From: Candidatus Eiseniibacteriota bacterium
Lineage (GTDB): Bacteria > Eisenbacteria > RBG-16-71-46
Assembly: GCA_963744995.1 (NCBI GenBank)
Contig: CAVUWA010000010.1
Span: 576,001-640,000 of the forward strand
DNA length: 64,000 bases
Reading direction: 5' to 3'
In this document: piece after piece, positions 1 to 8,344 of the stretch
Layout of the letters: each line of letters opens with the position of its first letter
How positions within the stretch are numbered: position 1 is the stretch's first letter
Notes under the pieces: model-generated
Told to the model about the DNA's origin: nothing
The model's database searches: none
Seen by the model: the letters and a program-made list of their open reading frames with translations, nothing else
Program-made: the position numbers and the translations under genes

Positions 1-322
1 CGAACCCGGCGAGCGCCAGCGCCGTCTCGTACACGGGACCGACGACGCCGTAGCGCGCCGGGTCGAAGTGCCCCGACTGCACCAGCCGCGCGCCATGCGC
101 GTACGAGCCGTAGAAATCGCTCTCGGTGTACGAATCGCCGATCGGGTGATGGAAGATGGCGACCCAGCCGATCACCAGGGTCGCGAGCGCGACGAGGACG
201 AGCCCTGCGCGCCAGGCGAGCACGGGATCGAACGGCGCGCCGGCCGGCACGGATCGCGAACGGGCTGCGGGCGCGGGACGCTGGCGGGCCGCGCGCCGCC
301 GGCCCTTCGGAGAAGCAGGCAC
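1..322 (-). CDS. 5' part of a GT-C fold (family 39/PMT-like) membrane glycosyltransferase; runs off the window edge
   Basis: Not in the ORF track. Hand translation from GTG 322: VPASPKGRRR...VLAWRAGLVLVALATLVIGWVAIFHHPIGDSYTESDFYGSYAHGARLV...GPVYETALALAGF. It has an N-terminal TM helix followed by an acidic 'ESDFY' loop and a later 'GPVY', typical of GT-C enzymes. Confidence 0.55.
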   Translation of the reverse strand, partial: MPASPKGRRRAARQRPAPAARSRSVPAGAPFDPVLAWRAGLVLVALATLVIGWVAIFHHPIGDSYTESDFYGSYAHGARLVQSGHFDPARYGVVGPVYETALALAGF

Positions 323-487
323 GGCGGAATTCTAGCGCCGGACGATCGCTCCCGGAAGGCGCGGCCGGGACGGCGGCAGGGCGCGCCAGGCGCCGGGCGC
401 GCGGGACGAGCCGCGACGCGGCGTCGTCGCCCCCGCCGCCCCGCGCGATGCCCGGCCCATGCGGCCACGGGCGCTCCCGGACCGCGC

Positions 488-1150
488 CTACTCCCGGTCG
501 GGCTTCTTCTCGAACATCTCCATCAGCCCGTGCTGCACGGCCTTCGACGAACCGATCCCGGCGCCGATCGCGAACGCGACCCCGATCGAGCCGAAGCTGA
601 TCACGAACGCGGCGAGGATGATCTCGCGCGCGAAGTGCAGCTGCCAGAGCGCGAGCGCGGTGACCACGGCCAGCAGCGCGCCGCGCACGCACTTGCCGAC
701 CAGCCGGGCGCGGCGAATGCCCTCCTCCTCGAGGGCGCTCGTGACCCGCACCGCCAGCGTGCCGCTCACCATCAGGCCGATGCCGACGATCAGACCCACG
801 AGGATCAGGTTCGGCACGTAGAACACGACGGAATCGATGAAGCGCGACAGCGTCGTGAGGCCCCAGCGGTTGAGCGCGTCGTCCAGGAACACGAGCACCA
901 CCGTGATGCCGGCGAAGTTGCCGATGATGTTGTAGAGCGCCCCGCGCACGTCGCCCTTGCCGAACGCCGAGCGCCAGCCGACGCGCCCGGCCAGCCGGTC
1001 GAGCCTGAGCCAGACCAGCATGCGTACGATCGCGCGCTTGACGAGCCAGCCCGCGATCACTCCCAGCACGGTCACGATCAGCCCGGCCGCGACGGCCGGA
1101 AGCGAGGCGGCGAACTGCGTCCACCACTCGTTCAATGTCTGGTTTTGCAT
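488..1150 (-). CDS. Mechanosensitive-channel-associated TM-helix protein (CmpX/TM_helix-like)
   Basis: 220 aa, about 5 TM segments, 'YVPNLILVGLIV' and 'AFAIGAGIG' motifs; GGAGG RBS upstream. Confidence 0.7.
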   Translation of the reverse strand: MQNQTLNEWWTQFAASLPAVAAGLIVTVLGVIAGWLVKRAIVRMLVWLRLDRLAGRVGWRSAFGKGDVRGALYNIIGNFAGITVVLVFLDDALNRWGLTTLSRFIDSVVFYVPNLILVGLIVGIGLMVSGTLAVRVTSALEEEGIRRARLVGKCVRGALLAVVTALALWQLHFAREIILAAFVISFGSIGVAFAIGAGIGSSKAVQHGLMEMFEKKPDRE

Positions 1151-1158
1151 GACCCTCC

Positions 1159-3402
1159 CTACCTTCCGCCGAAGAATGCTTCGAATCGGCCGGTTCGATG
1201 CGCTTCGACATCCCGCACCACGATCATCGGGCCGTGTCCGCGCCGTGCGACGCTGCCCGGCAGGGTCTCCGCGAGCAGCGCGGCGACCGGATCGGTGCGC
1301 GGCGCGCCGATGATCACGAGGTCATCCCGCTTGAGCGAGCCCAGCAGGCCCCCGGCCACGTCGCGCCGGCGCAGCACGTCGAGGCCCGTGCCGAGCTGGG
1401 CCCGTTCGATGGTCGCGCGCGCTTCGGTTTCGATGCGCGCAGCGTCCTCCGCGGGGGTGTCGTCCTCGATCACCGTCAACGCACGCACCGGCGCCCCCAG
1501 CTGCGACGCGAATCCCGGCGCCAGCTCAGCGGCGAGCTGCGAGTTCGCACCCCCGGTGACCGGCACGACGACGCGCCCGACGTGGTCCGGGGCGAGTCGC
1601 CCGTACACCACCCCCACCTGGTTCGGCGCATCCTGGATCACGCGCTCGACGATCGATGCCACCAGCTTCTCGAGCAGCGAGTCCGCCACGGGGCGGCCAA
1701 GCACCAGGAAGTTGCAGTCCTCCTCGCGCGCGGTGCCGAGGATGCCCTGACTCACCCGGTGCGCGATCTTGACCAGCGAGCGGACCCGCACGCCGCGGTC
1801 ACGCGCGTAGCGGTCCGCCTTGTCGAGCAATGCCTGCAGCTGCCGCACTTCGTTGCGTGCGGTCATGAGCGAAACGCCCTCCGGCACCTCGGCGACGGTG
1901 ACGACCACGATCTTCCCCGCGTGGCGCCGGGCGATGATGATCCCGGCTTCCATCAGCGAAGGCATCGTGTCGGGGTTCGACACGGCGACGAGCACGCTGT
2001 ACTCCTGCCGCTCGATCCGTTCCATCCAGCGCACGCGCTCGGCGAACGCCGATTCGCGATTGCGGCTGTAGCCGTAATAGAAGGCCAGCCCGGCCACGAT
2101 CCAGCCGCCGGCCGCGAGCCAGGCGAGCGGATACTGGAAGTACATGAACACCGCGATGAACAGCATCAGGCCGATCGCGAGGATCGGCGTGAACGGCATG
2201 AACGGCACCTTGAAGCCGCGATCGAGATCCGGGTGCGAGCGCCGCAGCCGGATCACCGCCACGTTCACGCCGCCGAACAGCAGCAGGAACATGACGCCGG
2301 CCGCCGCGGCGACCTGCTCGATCGGCAGCGCGATCGCCATGCCGATGATCAGCAGCGTCGAGAACAGGATCGCGAAGTGCGGCGTGGCGCGCTTGGCATG
2401 CACGCGGGCGATCAGGTTCGGCAGGCTGGCGTCGCGCGCCATCGCGAACGCCACGCGCGACGAGGAATAGATCGTGGCGTTCAAGGCGGAGATCGTGGAC
2501 AGCAGGCCGCCCACCATGATGACGATGCCGCCGCCCAGGATGAACTGGTTCGCGGCGTTGACGAGCGCGATCTCCTTCGCCTTGCCGAGGTACTCGGTGA
2601 TGCCCATCCCCGCGGGCGGCGTCACGGCGCCGATCGCGACGAACGCGACCAGCAAGTAGATCGGGACGACGATCAGCAACGACAGGAACACCGCACGCGG
2701 CACGTTGCGCTTCGGGTCTTCGACCTCTTCGCTGGCCTGCGCGATGATTTCGTAGCCCTCGAACGCGATGAACGTGAGCCCCATCGCCGCGAAGATCCCG
2801 CCCCAGCCGTGGGTCATGAACGGCGTGAACGCGCCGTGCCAGCCGGGCCGGTGCACCAGCGCCCACAGGCCGGCGACGATGAACGCGCCAATGATCGCCA
2901 CCTTGCCGATCGTGACGACCGTTCCCGCCTTGCCCGTTTCCGAGGCGCCGCGGTAGTTGATGAACGCGAACAGCGTGCACGCCGCCACCGCCAGCCAGAT
3001 CTCGATCCGGCCGAACGGCACCGCCGGAATCGGCAGCCCGGACACCGAGAGCACTTCCTTGAAGTAGGCGCCGAAGCCCAGGGCGTAGAGCGAGCATGCG
3101 ACCGCGTGCGCGAACCAGTCCATCCAGCCCGACAGAAATCCGCTGGGGTCGGGCAGCGACGCCTTGATCCACAGGTAGCCGCCGCCCGCGCCGTGGATCG
3201 CGCTGCCGAGCTCCGCATAGGCCATCGCGGTGAGCAGCGCCACGAACCCGTTCAAGATGAATACCAGCAGCAGCGCCGGGCCCGATACGCCGGCGGCGAT
3301 GCCGGTCAGCACGAAGATCCCGGCGCCGATCATCGCGCCGACGCCGATCATCGTGACGTCGACGAGACGCATTTCGCGACTCAGTCTGACTTCTGCGGAC
3401 AT
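1159..3402 (-). CDS. APC-family amino acid/cation permease fused to two C-terminal universal stress protein (Usp) domains
   Basis: 'GAMIGAGIF' and 'FIAFEGYE' APC motifs; C-terminal 'VLVAVSNP' and 'VVVPVTGGANS' Usp-like domains; start at MSAEV after a GGAGGAG RBS. Confidence 0.85.
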   Translation of the reverse strand: MSAEVRLSREMRLVDVTMIGVGAMIGAGIFVLTGIAAGVSGPALLLVFILNGFVALLTAMAYAELGSAIHGAGGGYLWIKASLPDPSGFLSGWMDWFAHAVACSLYALGFGAYFKEVLSVSGLPIPAVPFGRIEIWLAVAACTLFAFINYRGASETGKAGTVVTIGKVAIIGAFIVAGLWALVHRPGWHGAFTPFMTHGWGGIFAAMGLTFIAFEGYEIIAQASEEVEDPKRNVPRAVFLSLLIVVPIYLLVAFVAIGAVTPPAGMGITEYLGKAKEIALVNAANQFILGGGIVIMVGGLLSTISALNATIYSSSRVAFAMARDASLPNLIARVHAKRATPHFAILFSTLLIIGMAIALPIEQVAAAAGVMFLLLFGGVNVAVIRLRRSHPDLDRGFKVPFMPFTPILAIGLMLFIAVFMYFQYPLAWLAAGGWIVAGLAFYYGYSRNRESAFAERVRWMERIERQEYSVLVAVSNPDTMPSLMEAGIIIARRHAGKIVVVTVAEVPEGVSLMTARNEVRQLQALLDKADRYARDRGVRVRSLVKIAHRVSQGILGTAREEDCNFLVLGRPVADSLLEKLVASIVERVIQDAPNQVGVVYGRLAPDHVGRVVVPVTGGANSQLAAELAPGFASQLGAPVRALTVIEDDTPAEDAARIETEARATIERAQLGTGLDVLRRRDVAGGLLGSLKRDDLVIIGAPRTDPVAALLAETLPGSVARRGHGPMIVVRDVEAHRTGRFEAFFGGR

Positions 3403-3509
3403 GCCGGCTCCTCCCCGGAAGAACATCGGGCCATCAGCCACGGGACGCAAGCCCGGCCGCGCCGTTGAACAAGGTTTGTGGGCGCCCCGCGAACGACTAC
3501 ATTGCAGGA

Positions 3510-5222
3510 ATGCGCGCGATCCCGCGATCCCTCAGGCGCCTGGTCTACCTGATCCTGTCGCTGCCGGTCCTGCTGTTCGTGCTGGCGCTCGTCTACCAGG
3601 CCGGCATGATCCACCTGGAAGGGCAGCCACGCTCGCTCGGCGAAGCGCTGCAGTGGGCCGCGGCCACCCTCACCACCACCGGCTTCGGGCGCGACGCCAC
3701 GTGGACCCACCCGCTCATGGAGATCTTCGTGATCTTCGTGCAGTTCGCCGGGGTGATGCTGATCTTCCTGGTCGTCCCGGTGGTGCTGCTTCCCTACCTG
3801 GAGGAGCGCTTCGAGGCGCGGCTGCCCACGACCCTGCCGAACCTCTCGGGTCACGTGCTGATCTACCGTTACGGGCGCGCCGTCTCCGCGCTGGTCGAGG
3901 AGCTGGAGCGGTCCGGGATTCCCACCGTGATCTTCGAGGAGGACGAGGCGACCGCGCGCCGCCTGTTCGAGCGCGAGCACGACGTCGTGCTCGGCAACCT
4001 CGAGGAGGACGATCCCGACCTCACCCATCTGGCCGGCGCGCGCGGTCTGGTGCTGAACGGCAGCGACGATCGCAACGCGGCGATGATCCTGAGCGCCCGC
4101 TATCAGGGCTACCAGGGGCCGATCGTCGCGCTGGTCGCGAACCCGCAGCTGCGGCCGCCGATGCTGAAGGCCGGCGCGACCAATGCGTTCACGCCCGACC
4201 ACGTGCTGGCGGCCGCGGTCGCCGCCCGGGCGAGCGGCAAGATCAGCCCGCGCCTCTCGGGGGTCCACCACCTCGGCCGCCACCTCGAGGTGGTCGAGCT
4301 GCGCGTGCATGCTTCGAGCCCGATCGCCGGCAGCACGATCTCCGCCGCGGGCATCCGGGCGAAGACCGGCGCCACCATCGTGGGGCTGTGGGCCGGCGGC
4401 TCGCTGATCCGGCAGCCCGACATGTCGACCACGATCAGGCCCGGGCAGATCATCGTCGCCGTGGGGAGCCACGCCGCCATTCGCAGGCTCGGCGATCTGG
4501 CGATTCCGGTCCGGCGCGAAGGCCACTTCCTGGTGCTCGGCCACGACCATGTCGGCCGCAAGGTGGCCCAGTTCCTGCGTGAGGCCGGTGAATCGGTCAC
4601 GACCATCGACCGGCATGCCTCCGACGAGGTCGACATCGTCGGCGACCCGCTCAGCCCCGGCGTCCTCGAGCGCGGCGGCATCGAGCGGGCCCAGGCGGTC
4701 ATCCTCACCTTCGCGAGCGACAGCGCCACGCTGTTCGGCGCGGCCGTGGTGCGCAACCTCGCGCCCGAGGTGATCATCATCGCGAGCGCCAGCCGCCAGG
4801 AGAACGTGGGACGCATCCATCGCGCCGGGGCCGACTTCGCCCTGGCGGTGGGCCAGGTGGCCGGCCAGCTGCTCGCCTATCACCTGCTCGGCCGGCACGC
4901 CGTGTCGCTCGAAGCGGAGATCCGCCTGGTGGCCGTGGCGCCGGGCGCCCTCGCGGGCCGCCCGCTGTCGACGAAGACGGTCCGCGAGCGGACCGGATGC
5001 TCGCTGGTGGCCGTCGAGCGCGGCGACGAGGTGATCGTCGAGTTCGCCGAGGGTTTCGCTCTCGCGGCCGACGACATCGTCTACGTCACCGGCACCCACG
5101 AGACGATCGCCGAGTTCCACCGCGTCTACCCGGGAACCAGCGCGTCCGGCCTGCGCCGCAGCCGCTCGTGGCTCGCCGACGGGGTGGACGATCCCGCGCC
5201 GGGGGGCGAGCCGCCGCGCTGA
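3510..5222 (+). CDS. Potassium channel with two TrkA-N/TrkA-C (RCK) pairs
   Basis: Pore helix and filter 'ATLTTTGFG' between two TMs; two degenerate Rossmann domains, each followed by a TrkA-C domain. Confidence 0.85.
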   Translation: MRAIPRSLRRLVYLILSLPVLLFVLALVYQAGMIHLEGQPRSLGEALQWAAATLTTTGFGRDATWTHPLMEIFVIFVQFAGVMLIFLVVPVVLLPYLEERFEARLPTTLPNLSGHVLIYRYGRAVSALVEELERSGIPTVIFEEDEATARRLFEREHDVVLGNLEEDDPDLTHLAGARGLVLNGSDDRNAAMILSARYQGYQGPIVALVANPQLRPPMLKAGATNAFTPDHVLAAAVAARASGKISPRLSGVHHLGRHLEVVELRVHASSPIAGSTISAAGIRAKTGATIVGLWAGGSLIRQPDMSTTIRPGQIIVAVGSHAAIRRLGDLAIPVRREGHFLVLGHDHVGRKVAQFLREAGESVTTIDRHASDEVDIVGDPLSPGVLERGGIERAQAVILTFASDSATLFGAAVVRNLAPEVIIIASASRQENVGRIHRAGADFALAVGQVAGQLLAYHLLGRHAVSLEAEIRLVAVAPGALAGRPLSTKTVRERTGCSLVAVERGDEVIVEFAEGFALAADDIVYVTGTHETIAEFHRVYPGTSASGLRRSRSWLADGVDDPAPGGEPPR

Positions 5223-5255
5223 AGCGGGCAGCGCGGCGCGACGGAGCCGCGGGGC

Positions 5256-7241
5256 TCAGCGCCCCCCTGCCGCGCCCGCGCGCCGCGTCCCGGCCGCCGG
5301 CGCGCGCAACAGCCCCGGCGCCGTCACCGGGTTCACCGTCTTCAGGGCCGCGTCGCGCAGCAGCCGGAGTGCGTGATAGCGCGCGAGCGGCAGCACGTGC
5401 TGCCGCGACTCGCGCAGCGCGCGGACGTGGAGCGGTGCATGGTCTTCGCCGAGTACGGCTTCGATCGTGCCGTCGCTGAAGCGCGTGCCCGCCTCGTGCG
5501 GCTCGAGCAGGTGGAGCGTGCCGCCGAAACGCGCGTGCACCTTGCCGAGCGTGCGGTCGACCCACAGGCCGTCCTCGGGCGCCGCGTCCTCGAACGATGC
5601 GTGGCTGCCGTGAAACCGCGGCTTCACGCGGTACGGGCCGCCCGACTCGGGGCAGAACGGATCGCAGTTGCCGCACGCGTTGCAGAAGTCGGCGAACAGC
5701 ACCCACTGCCGCTCGCGCGCGATCTGGAAGCGCGCCGGCACGCGGCGGATCTCGCCCCTCTCGAGCACGAGATCCCAGGTGTCGATCGCCTCCGCGGTGA
5801 ACGGCAGCTCGAAGAACGCTCCGTTCGGACACACCAGCAGGCACTTGTTGCAGGAGGCGCAGTCGAACGCCGCCAGCGGCCCCGTGCGCGCGGGCCGGGC
5901 GCGATGGCGGGTCGCGTGGTAGCGCGGATCGTCGGCGACGCGGGCGGAATAGTCCTCGAGGTTCGCGAGCATGGCCACCTGCAGCTCCGCCGGGCGCGGC
6001 GGCGCGGCGTCGGGCGCGGCGCCCGCACGATGCGCGATCAGCTCCGGCACCGTCTTCACGCCCGCCTCGCGCATCGACGCTGCGAGCGCCCTGACCTGCA
6101 GCGGCAGGCGCCGGTAGCCGTTGGGCTTCAGCAGATCCGTCACGCTGGTCACCGGCGCGAAGCCGCATCCGACCACGTCCGCGACGTTGCCGTCGTCGAC
6201 CCCGGCGCTGAACGACAGCGGAAAGCGCCCGCCGGTGGCGCGCGCGAAGCGTGCGGCCAGCCGCACCGCGAGCGGATGCAGCGGCGCGCCGGACAGGTAG
6301 GTGACGTCGCCTTCGAGCACGTCGCGCGTGTTCTTCACGATCAGCGTGTTGGTGAACTTGGCGCCGAGCGTGAGGCCGGCGCGCGCCGCCGCGCCCTCGA
6401 GCCGCGCGAACATGGCGATCGCCTCGGCCCACTGCAGGTCGCCGTGGAACGCGGCGCGGTCGAGACGCACCTCGTCGTAGCCGAGCTCAGCGCGCACGAG
6501 TGATTCGACCTCGTCGTAGCCGAGCAGCGTCGGATTGAGCTTCACGACCACGTGCATGCCGTGACGCGCGAGCAGGTGCTCGGCGATGCGCTCGATCTCG
6601 TCGGGCGGGCAGCCGTGGAAGGTCGAAAGCGTGACGCCGTAGGCGATCCGGGTCGGCGCCGCGACGTCCGCCGCCGCACGCAGCCCGGGCGGCAGCGTCC
6701 TGCGCAGGCGCTCGAGCAACGGACCCGCGTCCGTCATCGCGTCGAGGAAGCGGGCGACCCGGTCGGAGCGGACGCCGTCGAGATCGTATCCGACCGACAC
6801 GTCGAACAGCGGCGGCGACCCGCCGATTCCGCGCGCGGCGAGCGCGTGCACCAGCAGCCACGCCGCGGCGTACTGTTCGGCCGACACGCCGATCGGCAGC
6901 TCCTGCGACCATTCGACGTTGTAGCCGACGTCGGCGGCGTCGATGCACGGGCGCGGGATCTCGAGCCGGTCGCGCACCTGTACCGTCTTGAGCTCCAGCA
7001 CGCGCGCCCCCGCGAGCCACGACACCACCAGATTCTGTGCCAGCTGGGTGTGCGGGCCGGCCGCCGGGCCGAGCGGGGTCGCCGCGCGGCCGCCGGGAAG
7101 CGCCACGGAGAGGTCGAGATCCTCCGGCGCCGTCCAGAACATCCGTCGCGGGAACTCGAAGATCGCCCGCTGCGCATCGAGCTCGGCGAGCGCCCGCGCG
7201 AGCAGCACGTCGAACGATTGCGGCCGGAGGGCGACCTTCAC
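5256..7241 (-). CDS. ygfK: YgfK-like oxidoreductase (FMN-barrel N-domain + 2x[4Fe-4S]) lacking the GltD-like FAD/NADPH module
   Basis: YgfK motifs 'GPAAGPHTQLAQN', 'ELKTVQ', 'YNVEWSQEL', 'TLSTFHGCPPDEIE', 'VKLNPTLLG'; C-terminal CxxCxxCxxxCP twice. Confidence 0.8.
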   Translation of the reverse strand: MKVALRPQSFDVLLARALAELDAQRAIFEFPRRMFWTAPEDLDLSVALPGGRAATPLGPAAGPHTQLAQNLVVSWLAGARVLELKTVQVRDRLEIPRPCIDAADVGYNVEWSQELPIGVSAEQYAAAWLLVHALAARGIGGSPPLFDVSVGYDLDGVRSDRVARFLDAMTDAGPLLERLRRTLPPGLRAAADVAAPTRIAYGVTLSTFHGCPPDEIERIAEHLLARHGMHVVVKLNPTLLGYDEVESLVRAELGYDEVRLDRAAFHGDLQWAEAIAMFARLEGAAARAGLTLGAKFTNTLIVKNTRDVLEGDVTYLSGAPLHPLAVRLAARFARATGGRFPLSFSAGVDDGNVADVVGCGFAPVTSVTDLLKPNGYRRLPLQVRALAASMREAGVKTVPELIAHRAGAAPDAAPPRPAELQVAMLANLEDYSARVADDPRYHATRHRARPARTGPLAAFDCASCNKCLLVCPNGAFFELPFTAEAIDTWDLVLERGEIRRVPARFQIARERQWVLFADFCNACGNCDPFCPESGGPYRVKPRFHGSHASFEDAAPEDGLWVDRTLGKVHARFGGTLHLLEPHEAGTRFSDGTIEAVLGEDHAPLHVRALRESRQHVLPLARYHALRLLRDAALKTVNPVTAPGLLRAPAAGTRRAGAAGGR

Positions 7242-8344
7242 AGCGCCTCCATGCGGACGGCGAGCCGGGCGGCGGCTTCCCGCGCACGGACGCGGAGCCC
7301 ATCGATCTCCGCCGTCACGAGCCGGCCGTCCTCGACCACGTCGCGTCCGCCGACGGTGACGCGCCGCGCCGGTGCATCGGGCGTCGCGCCGGTCCCCGGC
7401 GCCACCCGGTCCGATGCCAGGTCCGCCGAGTCGCCGAAACGCAGCGCCGCGAGCCGTTCGCCCCCCGTGAGCCGCCCGCGCAACGCGTCGCCGTCGGCGC
7501 GTTCGACGTCACGATGCGTGCCGGCGAGCCGCTCGAGCGCCTCGAACTCCGCGTGCATGTCGGGGGACCAGCCGTCCGTGCCGAGCGCCACGCGCGTGCT
7601 CGCCCAGAGGGCGGCCGGGTAGCCGACGCGGTTGCCCTCGTTGGAGCGCGGGTTCTGCACGATCCACAGTCCGCGGCGATCCGCCTCGCGCACTTCGGCT
7701 TCGGTCAGGTGCACGCCATGCGCGAGGATCGAGCCCGGCGGCAGCGCGCCCAGCGCGAGCAGCCGCTCGAGCGGCCCGTCGTGGCCGTGCGCGCGGGCGA
7801 CCTCGACGTCGGCCCGGTCTTCGGCGACGTGTACGTGCAGCGGCACGCCGAGCCGCGCGCTGAGCGCGGCCGCGTCGCGCACGGTGTCGTCCGACACGGT
7901 GAACGAGGCGTGCAGGCCGACCATGCCCCGCACCCGCGGGCGGCGGTTGGCCTGGATGAAGCGCTCGCACTCGGCGAGCCCGGCCGCGGCTTCGTCGCGG
8001 CCACCGTTGCGTTCCGTCACGCCGTAGCAGAGCAGCGCGCGCACGCCGATCGACGCGCACGCGTCCGCGATGACGTCGAGGCTGCCCTCGATGCAGCCCG
8101 GCGATTCGTGGTGGTCGATCAGCGTCGTGGTCCCGGCGAGCAGCGCCTCGGCCGCGTACCAGCGCGCCCCCGCCGCGAGCAGGTCGTGGTCGAGCGCGCG
8201 GTCGAGCCGCCACCAGAAGCGCTCGAGGATCTCGATGAAGCGTTCGGGGCGCGGCTCGGGCGCCGGCAGGCCGAACGCCGCGAGCGCGCTGTAGAGATGC
8301 GTGTGTGCATTGACGAACCCCGTCCGCGGCGCCGCAGCGCTCAT
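7238..8344 (-). CDS. ssnA: SsnA-like metal-dependent amidohydrolase
   Basis: 'NAHTHLYSALA', 'WWRLDRALD', 'GTTTLIDHH', 'GLHASFTVSD', 'HVHVAE', 'NPRSN', 'LGTDG'; ATGA overlap with the xdh stop. Confidence 0.85.
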   Translation of the reverse strand: MSAAAPRTGFVNAHTHLYSALAAFGLPAPEPRPERFIEILERFWWRLDRALDHDLLAAGARWYAAEALLAGTTTLIDHHESPGCIEGSLDVIADACASIGVRALLCYGVTERNGGRDEAAAGLAECERFIQANRRPRVRGMVGLHASFTVSDDTVRDAAALSARLGVPLHVHVAEDRADVEVARAHGHDGPLERLLALGALPPGSILAHGVHLTEAEVREADRRGLWIVQNPRSNEGNRVGYPAALWASTRVALGTDGWSPDMHAEFEALERLAGTHRDVERADGDALRGRLTGGERLAALRFGDSADLASDRVAPGTGATPDAPARRVTVGGRDVVEDGRLVTAEIDGLRVRAREAAARLAVRMEAL

